Part shown: one piece after another, positions 1 through 8,700 of the stretch | Layout: each line of letters starts with the position of its first letter | How positions within the stretch are numbered: the stretch's first letter is position 1 | Assembly: GCA_016209155.1 (NCBI GenBank) | Contig: JACQWU010000022.1 | Span: forward strand, 1-40,814 | Length of the DNA stretch: 40,814 nt | Origin: Candidatus Desantisbacteria bacterium | Lineage (GTDB): Bacteria > JACRDZ01 | Direction: 5' to 3' | The notes under the pieces: generated by a model | Told to the model about the DNA's origin: nothing | The model's database searches: none | Seen by the model: the letters and a program-made list of their open reading frames with translations, nothing else | Position numbers and translations under genes: made by a program

Positions 1-755
1 CCGGAGCTGTAGCAATATTGGTCAGTGATACTCCCCATGTTTTCCAAATTGATAAAGGTGCTAATGGATATTACGGATATGAAGTAATGGATACATGCCG
101 GCCTGTTCCTGATAGTGAGGCTGGTGATTCTGATTTATCTTTATTGTCCTATCTGGATTGTTGTGAACAGGCATTTTTGGAATATCAAAAACGTGTAACA
201 GGTGCGGATTATCGGCAAACATTCAATTATCTTGCTTTTCATACTCCTTTCGGTGGAATGATTAAAGGAGCGCATCGGACAATGATGCGGAAAATGGCTG
301 GAGCCAAACCCTCAGAGATTGAAATAGACTTTACGCAGCGTGTCATGCCAGGTCTGATTTACTGTCAACGAGTAGGGAATATGATGGGAGCCACTGTTTT
401 TATGTCGCTGGCAAGCACTATTGATAATGGTTGTTTTGATTCCCCCAAGCGAATCGGATGTTTTTCCTATGGATCAGGGTGCTGTTCTGAGTTTTATAGC
501 GGTGTTGTTACAACACGAAGCCAGGATATCCAGCGTCGTTTTGATATAGGCCGCTACTTGAGAGAACGCTATCAATTATCAATGGATGAATATGATGCTT
601 TATTAAAAAGCAATAGTGCAATTAAATTCGGCACACGAAATGTTTCATTGGATTTTCAATTATTTCCTAAAGCATTGACATTATGTCAGGGAAGAGAACG
701 TTTATACCTGGAAAAAATTAGAGAATTTCATCGTCAATACAAATGGATATCATAA
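1..755 (+). CDS. HMG-CoA synthase-like beta-branching enzyme (PksG/CurD-type HMGS), C-terminal part; the 5' end runs off the window
   Basis: The frame is open from nt 3 (GAVAILVSDTPHV...), so the TTG at 18 is not the true start. The translation has HMGS-family signatures (YLAFHTPFGGM, GNMMGATVFMSLAS, SYGSGCCSEFY). It sits directly upstream of a PksI-like crotonase and AT-less PKS genes. Stop TAA at 753-755. Confidence 0.85.
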   Translation, partial: GAVAILVSDTPHVFQIDKGANGYYGYEVMDTCRPVPDSEAGDSDLSLLSYLDCCEQAFLEYQKRVTGADYRQTFNYLAFHTPFGGMIKGAHRTMMRKMAGAKPSEIEIDFTQRVMPGLIYCQRVGNMMGATVFMSLASTIDNGCFDSPKRIGCFSYGSGCCSEFYSGVVTTRSQDIQRRFDIGRYLRERYQLSMDEYDALLKSNSAIKFGTRNVSLDFQLFPKALTLCQGRERLYLEKIREFHRQYKWIS

Positions 756-774
756 ATTGTTAGTGGAGAGAATA

Positions 775-1524
775 ATGTCAGAAGCAGTTGTTAAGGTACA
801 CGAAATAGAACAAGGTATTGTTCAATTGACTATGCAGGATCGGGTGAATAAAAATACGTTTTCCGAGGAAATGATCCTTGACCTGATCCAGTCATTTGAA
901 TTAATCAAATCCAATTTAAATTATAAGGTGGTAGTTTTAACCGGATATGATAATTATTTTGCTTCAGGAGGAACAAAGGAAGGTTTATTAGCTATACACC
1001 AGGGCAAGGCAAAATTTGCGGATAGGAACATTTATAGCCTTGCATTGGAATGTAAGATTCCTGTGATTGCTGCTATGCAGGGGCATGGAATTGGAGGCGG
1101 ATTTGTAATGGGATTATTTGCCGATTTTGTGATCTTAAGCAGAGAAAGTATTTATACAACTAATTTCATGAAATATGGATTTACTCCGGGAATGGGTGCA
1201 ACGTACATTGTACCTAAGAAACTAGGAATTAGTTTGGCAGAAGAATTATTGCTCAATGCCGGTAATTATCGAGGAGCAGAGCTTGAGAAGCGAGGCATTC
1301 CATTTCCTGTGTTGCCTCGAGAACAGGTCTTGGATCATGCATGTGAAGTGGCTAGACAATTAGCTGAAAAGCCGAGGATATCATTAATCACTTTAAAGGA
1401 TCATTTAACTACACCTCTTCGGGAAGAACTTCCTAAGGTTATTGAGCAAGAACTTGCAATGCATGAAAAGACGTTTCATCAAGAAGAAGTTAAAGATAGA
1501 ATTCTTGGATTATTTGGAAAATGA
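775..1524 (+). CDS. Enoyl-CoA hydratase/crotonase-fold beta-branching enzyme, PksI-like (ECH2 decarboxylase type)
   Basis: GGAG at 765-768 precedes ATG 775, so I prefer this to the TTG at 757. The translation closely resembles my recollection of B. subtilis PksI (LTGYDNYFASGGT, IPVIAAMQGHGIGGGFVMGLFADFVILSRES, NFMKYGFTPGMGAT, EQELAMHEKTFHQEEVK). The crotonase fold is secure; the ECH2-versus-ECH1 assignment needs phylogeny. Confidence 0.8.
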   Translation: MSEAVVKVHEIEQGIVQLTMQDRVNKNTFSEEMILDLIQSFELIKSNLNYKVVVLTGYDNYFASGGTKEGLLAIHQGKAKFADRNIYSLALECKIPVIAAMQGHGIGGGFVMGLFADFVILSRESIYTTNFMKYGFTPGMGATYIVPKKLGISLAEELLLNAGNYRGAELEKRGIPFPVLPREQVLDHACEVARQLAEKPRISLITLKDHLTTPLREELPKVIEQELAMHEKTFHQEEVKDRILGLFGK

Positions 1525-1581
1525 TCAAAAGATTCCTGATAGATTTCAAAATATTTGTTCCAGGAACAAAGGAGAAGAGCT

Positions 1582-2757
1582 GTGGACATACAAGAAATAT
1601 TACGTGCTTTAAAGGCAAGGGAAATAACTCCTGAAGAGGCGAAAAAGGAAATAACAAAAATAAAAACAATTAAAGAGCAATCCTCGAACTCTTTTGCAAA
1701 GTTATCTAAAAAACATGATGTTTCTATACAGTTACCAAATTTAAATTCTGCATGCATGGATTTGGAACAATCATGTACAAAAAATAAAGAAAATACACCG
1801 GAAATAGAATCTATAAGAGAAGAGAAAATTTCTTCACCAACGGATACTAAAGAGGCTATTGCAATCATTGGTATGTCAGGAAGATATCCCGATGCAGGTA
1901 ATTTGGAACAATATTGGGACAATCTGGTTCATGCAAAAAATTCGATCAGAGAAATACCTTTATCTCGTTGGGATGTAAATCAATATTATGACCCGCAACC
2001 TTTTAAAAAAGGGAAAATATACTGTAGACGCATAGGATTGCTGGAAAATATAGAATATTTTGATCCTTTATTTTTCAATATTTCACCTGTTGAAGCAGAA
2101 CTTATTGACCCGCAGCATCGTATTTTTATGCAAGAAGCTTATAAAGCATTTGAAGATGCAGGTTACAACAGTAGCTCATTAAACAACAAAAAATGCGGTG
2201 TCTATATGGGAATTATGAGTAATGAATACGGGATGATAGTGAATAAAAACTATCCTGAACTGACCAATACAACTGGTAACAGTTATGCAATTGCAGCAGC
2301 GCGGATATCTTATTTCCTTGATCTTAAAGGACCTGCCATTTCAATTGACACTGCATGTTCTTCATCATTGGTGGCAACACATTTAGCCTGTCAGGCATTA
2401 TTAAATAAAGAAATTGATATGGCATTAGTAGGCGGTGCAACTCTTTACTTAACACCGGAGTCATATATCGGTATGTGTGCATCTGGTATGTTATCACCAG
2501 AAGGTCAATGTAAAACTTTTGATAATAGTGCTGATGGTTTTGTTCCTGGCGAAGGCGTCGGGGCCATTGTATTAAAAAGATTAAAAGATGCTGAGGCTGA
2601 CAATGATAATATATATGGCGTTATCATCGGCTCGGGGATCAATCAGGATGGTAAGACAAATGGGATTACAGCTCCGAGCGTTAATGGTCAAATGGAATTG
2701 GAACGAGATATTTATGACAAATATAGTATCCATCCTGAAAGTATTAGTTACACTTAG
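1582..2757 (+). CDS. trans-AT polyketide synthase, N-terminal piece (docking-like helix plus the first ~3/4 of KS1), ended by an in-frame TAG
   Basis: AAGGAG at 1569-1574 sits 7 nt before GTG 1582, which is in frame with the track's TTG 1555. The N-terminus VDIQEILRALKAREITPEEAKKEI looks like a trans-AT docking helix. KS1 starts near nt 1852 (IAIIGMSGRYP) and carries DTACSSS, with the Cys codon at 2356-2358. The frame stops at TAG 2755-2757 inside the conserved Y-x-E-A-HGTGT motif. Confidence 0.85.
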   Translation: MDIQEILRALKAREITPEEAKKEITKIKTIKEQSSNSFAKLSKKHDVSIQLPNLNSACMDLEQSCTKNKENTPEIESIREEKISSPTDTKEAIAIIGMSGRYPDAGNLEQYWDNLVHAKNSIREIPLSRWDVNQYYDPQPFKKGKIYCRRIGLLENIEYFDPLFFNISPVEAELIDPQHRIFMQEAYKAFEDAGYNSSSLNNKKCGVYMGIMSNEYGMIVNKNYPELTNTTGNSYAIAAARISYFLDLKGPAISIDTACSSSLVATHLACQALLNKEIDMALVGGATLYLTPESYIGMCASGMLSPEGQCKTFDNSADGFVPGEGVGAIVLKRLKDAEADNDNIYGVIIGSGINQDGKTNGITAPSVNGQMELERDIYDKYSIHPESISYT

Positions 2758-5700
2758 ATGCATGGGACAGGAACAAAACTGGGAGATCCCATTGAATTAG
2801 AGGCATTATCTACAGTTTTCAAAGAAAGGACACATCAAAAAAAATTTTGTGCAGTAGGATCTGTAAAAAGTAATATCGGTCATACATCAGCAGCAGCCGG
2901 TGTGGCAAGTGTTCAAAAAGTAATATTATGTCTTAAGTATAAAAAACTGGTGCCGACATTACATTTTAAAAATCCTAATGAACATTTTAATTTTGATGAT
3001 TCTCCATTTTATGTCAATACCCAATTGCGGCCGTGGGAAGATAGAAAGGGAAAACTGCTGCGTGCTTGTGTAAGTTCCTTTGGGTTTAGCGGGACGAATG
3101 CCCATATTGTTATCGAAGAATATCGTCCCAGAAACGACATGGCTCAAACAGCGATGCTTATCAGTAAAGATAAGCCTGTTTTATTTGTATTCTCTGCAAA
3201 GAGGGAGCAGCAGTTGAAAATCTATGCGGAATGCATGAAGAATTGGATCGAATCCAATGAAGATTTTAATCTGTCAGATATGGCCTATACTCTGCAGATG
3301 GGCAGAGAGGAGATGGACTATCGCCTTGTTTTTATAGCAGATTCGAGAGAGGCATTACTTATAAAATTAAAGGGGTTTATCGAAAATAGTCACGTGGCAG
3401 GATTCCTTACTGCACAGGTAAAAAAGAGCAAAGATGGAGTGACAATTTTTGAAACTGATGAAGATGCTAAATCTTTGCTGAGAACTTGGATGAAAAAAGG
3501 TAAATTGAAAAACATAGCAGAATTATGGGTGAAAGGTTTAAATATGGATTGGGAAGAACTATATGACGATATCAAACCTCGCCGCATCAGCCTTCCAACC
3601 TATCCCTTTGCCTGTGAGCGATATTGGGTTCCTGCTATCAAAGCCGAATCTTCATGCGGTAAAGCAGCATACATTACTGCTGCTGATATTCATCCCTTGC
3701 TACACCGCAACACATTCGATCTTTCTGAACAACGATTTAGTTCCACTTTTACGGGTAAGGAATTTTTCCTGGCGGATCATATCGTGAATAGTCAGCGGAT
3801 ATTGCCTGGAGTAGCCTATCTTGAGATGGCCTATGCAGCGTTATGCAGGATCAAAGTTGGTACTGTGAAGGGTCTCTCGAACGTAGTCTGGCTGAGGCCA
3901 TTGGAGGTAGGAGAAAACAGCGTCGAGGTGCATATCATTATTAATGAGAGATATCAGTATGAGATTCAGAGTAGTGATCATGAGGGGCAGAGTCGCGTAC
4001 ACTGCCAAGGTGAGCTATGTCTGAACGATCACGAGGGAGGGAGAGAGCAGCGGCTGTTGATAGAAGAAATTAAGGTACGGTGTACGCATCGGATCGACAA
4101 CCAAACGCTTTATGAACGTATTCGCAAGTTCGGCATTGAGCATGGGCCATCAATGCAGGGAGTGTGTGAGGTGTGGGTTGGAAAAGATGAGGCATTGGCT
4201 GTACTGGAGGTGCCGCATGGTCGTGAAGACGTGGGCTACTACACATTGCATCCTGCGTTGATGGATGGAGCACTTCAAAGCATCGCAGGACTTATGGACG
4301 GATCCACTACTAACAATAGAAGTCCCAGACTGCCATTCAGTGTTGAGAGCATGGAAGTGCTGCATCCTATCAAAGCACAGGGTTATGCGTATGTAAAGGT
4401 GTCAGATAAGGAAAGATTTAATATAGAAATAACGGATAAGAGCGGACTGGTTTGCCTCAGGGTTTATAATCTTGCGTTGCGGGAAATGAGAGATCCTTTT
4501 GATTCGTTCTTCTACGTACCAACATGGAAAGAGGCATTTCAGACAGTTCAGACATCGAGGGAAACTAAACATGTAGGCAGGAGGATTATTATTATCTATC
4601 ATGAGGATAGCGGAGGACTTGAAAGGGAACTGGCAAAGGCGCATGCGGGAGATGAGGTAGTGATGTTGAAGCTCGGGAGTAAAACAGTAAGACATTCCGA
4701 GTATCACTGGGAAATAGAAGAGAAAGATCCTGAGTCACTGGGCAGGTGCGTTGAGCAGATCGAAGCACTGCATACGGTCTATCATCTTGGAGGCATTGGG
4801 GATAGTGAAGTCATTTTAAATGATCCGAAGTCATTGAAGCGGAGCCAAGAAAGAGGAGTAATATCTCTGTTTAGGCTGATCAAATCGCTTTCAAGGCAAG
4901 GATACTATCTGCGCCCTCTTAATCTCAAAGTGATCACCAATAATGTACATCAGGTGATACATGATGGAGATGCCATCAGACCTTATGGAGCGAGTCTTCA
5001 TGGATTGGTGAAGTCAGCGGCAAAGGAGTACCCGAAGTGGAGCTTAAGTTGTATTGACATCAGTTTGCAAGATATGCACGAGAAGCATCTCCTTGCAGAA
5101 GCGATCATTGCAGAACAGGGAAATCCGATGGGCAATGAGGTCGCAATCAGAAAGGGAAGGCGATATGTGCGGGTGATCGAGCCGATACTGCTGCCTGCGG
5201 TCAATCAGTCGCCATTTAAGCATGAGGGGGTATATCTCATTATAGGTGGAGCCGGGGGAATCGGGCTGGAGCTGAGCCGGCATTTAGCAGAGACAGTACA
5301 GGCGAAGCTCGTGCTTATAGGACGGAGCGAACTCAAGAAGAAACAGAAGGAGAAAATATCCCTCATAGAATCGAGAGGTGGGCAAGTGCTCTATCTACGA
5401 GCGGATATCACTGATCTTGAGAGCATGAGAAAGGCAGTCAAGGAAGCGAAGGTATGTTTTGGCAGAATCAACGGAGTGATACATTCGGCCATTGTGCTGA
5501 GAGATAAGACCATAGAAAATATGGATGAAGAGATGTTTATGGAGGCATTGAACCCGAAGGTGAAGGGCAGTTTGGTGCTTCGTGCGGCTATAGAGAGTGA
5601 TAAGTTGGATTTTATGATGTTTTTCTCCTCAGTTCAATCATTTATAGGAGCAGCAGGCCAGGGCAACTATGCTGCTGGATGTGCGTTCAAGGACGCCTTT

Positions 5701-8700
5701 GCGCAGTATCTCAATGCAACGGAGCCTTATCCAGTGAAGATTATCAACTGGGGATATTGGGGTAGTGTAGGAGTAGTGGACTCAGAGGAATACAACCGGC
5801 GGATGGCGGCCAAGAGGATAAGCTCGATCTTTCCTTCAGAGGGGATGGAAGCAGTGCGAAGGGTAATGGGTAATCGGACAAATCAGGTGATACCGCTTAA
5901 GGCAGACAGAGCAGTGCTGAAGCAACTGGGAGTGGATCTTGCATATCCTCTTCATCTCTATCCTCTCGAGATACCATCGGTACTGGATGGAGCTTTAAGT
6001 CAGGTCAGAGCACCTGAGATGGACAGTAGCATTCTGGAACAGCTTCCGAAGGCTATGGATGAGCTCGAGCGGTTTGGATCCCTATCACTGCTCGATGCCT
6101 TTCATCGGATGGGAGTATTTCATAGACACGATGAAAAATATGAGAAAGAGGAGCTTAAGAAGAAGCTAAAGATCATTTCTCGTTACTCCCGTCTATTTGA
6201 TGCACTGTTGCGCATACTGGAGCGGTCAGGATTCATTACACTCAAGGAAAAGGAAGTGTTTATTACAGAGGATTCAGCAATCATTAAAGTGCAGGATGCG
6301 GTAAAAGAATTTGAAAAGAAAAAAAATGAGTTAGCCCTCATTCATCTTGAACTCAGAGCTCATTTAAATTTACTATCAACCTGTGTGAAGGAATACCCTC
6401 GGATCCTTACGGGAGATATTCCAGCAACTGACATCATGTTTCCTCATACCTCAATGGAATTGGTGAAGGGGATATACAAAGGGAATTTGTTGGTGGACTT
6501 TTTTAACAGCTTAGTAGTCTGGAGCCTAAGAGCATACATTCAGGCACTGATCCCCAATTTAGGTAAGGATGATAAGATCAAGATTCTTGAGGTGGGTGCA
6601 GGGACAGGGGGTACCAGTGCAGCGATATTTGATGGGATCAGGGAATATAGAGAGCGATTGCAGTATTTATATACGGATATTTCTGTTGCATTTACTCAGT
6701 ATGGAGAGAAGCATTATGGCGGGGAAAATCCCTATGTCGAATTTAGAGTTCTAAATATTGAAGATGATCCAATAAATCAGGGGTATGGGGCTGGGGAATT
6801 TGATGTGGTAATCGGAGCCAATGTGTTGCATGCTACAAAAGCAATACGAACTACCCTTCGTAATATCAAAATACTCTTGAAGACAAACGGGTGCTTGATC
6901 ATCAATGAGCTTACAAAGAATAATAATTTTGCTACGCTTACCTTTGGGCTGCTGGAAGGGTGGTGGTTGTTTGAGGACGAGGAGAATCGTTTAAAGGGAT
7001 CTCCTCTGCTCAGCCCGGATTTGTGGGAGAGGGTTCTCAAAGAAGAGGGATTTGAGCGTGTGCATATAGTGCGGCAGTCTAATTCGAGTGTTCAAGAATC
7101 AGGCCAGAGCATTGTCATTGCTGAAAGCAACGGCATAGTAAAACAACTTCGATCACAAGCAATACCTGCTGAGAGGTCCATATCTGAGCCGCAGAGATCG
7201 AGGCATTCTCTTTCTGCTCCGCATGTTATAGTCAAGGGTTCTTGCAAACCAAATCAAGATGCAACAAGGTCACAGGACGAGGAGGCTCAACAGAAAACAG
7301 ATGAAGAGGATATCAGGCATTATGCAGAGGAGAAAATTATAGAATGTCTGATTTATGCCCTTAAGATTGATAGACGGCACTTTGATCCGATTACACCGTT
7401 CACCGAGTTTGGCGTTGATTCGATTCTTGCTGTTGAGATCATCAACCAGGTCAATGAGAAGCTAGGCGTTACTTTGAGGACGACTGACCTGTTCAACTAC
7501 TCAACTATCGGCATGCTCAGTGAATACATTGCCAAAGAGTTTGGCGAGATATTAATCTGCAAGACCACGACTCATAATAAAATGCCTGCTGAAATCAGGA
7601 CAGAGGAATTATTTAAGACCAATTCTGAGAGCAGCAGTATACAGAGAGAGACACAAGAAGGGGACAACTATGCAGCAGCATCAAACATCAAAGGAGAAGG
7701 TTTTAGGGATTGCGCACAAGAAACTACAAGGCATTCGTCTCAGACTACCCATGCAGAGGACTCAGATATAGCCATAATAGGCATATCGGGACGGTTTCCC
7801 GGAGCTAATGATATTAATGAATATTGGATGAATTTGAAAAGTGGAAAAAATTCAATAGATGAGTTAAAAAGATGGAAGTTAAACACATTTTATGATCCTG
7901 ATCCGCAAGCACCAGACAAGAGCTACTGCAAGTGGGGTGGGATGCTGGAGGACATTGATAAGTTTGATCCTCTGTTTTTCAATATCTCACCAAAAGAGGC
8001 TGAACTGATGGACCCTCAGCAACGGCTATTTTTAGAAGAGGCGTGGAAGGCTTTGGAGGATGCAGGTTATTCTGACAGGGAGCTTGAGGGAAAAAGGTGC
8101 GGAGTGTTTGTGGGCAGTGGAGCAGGAGATTATACAACCATCTTAAAAGAGAGGGATATATCTCCAGATGCGTATGCCTTCGTGGGAAACAGCCAGTCCA
8201 TTTTGGCAGCACGCATATCATATTTTCTGAATCTGAAGGGACCGGGGATTGCCATTGATACTGCCTGCTCATCGTCACTGGTAGCAATTCATTTGGCATG
8301 TGAGAGTATTCTGAGCGGGACATGCGAGTTAGCAATAACCGGAGGTGTGACTATCCTTACTACATCATCCTTTCATATCATGGCGAGTCGGGCAGGCATG
8401 CTATCTCCTGACGGGCAATGCAAGGTCTTTGACCATAATGCAAACGGTTTTGTCCCGGCTGAGGGTGTGGGGGCAGTAGTTTTAAAACCTTTGGAGCAAG
8501 CCCTCAGAGATGGGGATCATATATATGGAGTTATTGTTGGATCAGGGATCAATCAAGACGGGAGGACTAATGGAATCACAGCTCCCAGCGGACCATCTCA
8601 GACTGCATTGGAATGTGAAGTGTATAACCGATATAGGATTCATCCCGAGAGAATTACCTATATAGACGCACACGGCACCGGGACCAAGCTTGGGGATCCG

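Noticed and set aside
757-1581. ORF-track starts at TTG 757 and TTG 1555.
   Set aside because: Better starts with Shine-Dalgarno sequences lie just downstream: ATG 775 after GGAG, and GTG 1582 after AAGGAG. The extra N-terminal residues have no homology value.
2755-2757. TAG decoded as pyrrolysine, or a genome-wide stop-codon reassignment.
   Set aside because: TAG terminates at least four well-supported genes in this window (ends at 26598, 28514, 29376 and 31031). The aligned residue in the other KSs is Glu/Asp, and no pyl genes are visible here. I keep it only as a low-probability check under the TAG finding.
2588-2800. A + strand ORF in another frame that bridges the TAG at 2755. It might indicate a frameshift rather than a nonsense codon.
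   Set aside because: Its translation (MLRLTMIIYMALSSARGS...) has no KS similarity. KS homology is continuous in the original frame on both sides of the TAG, so the interruption is a single in-frame codon.
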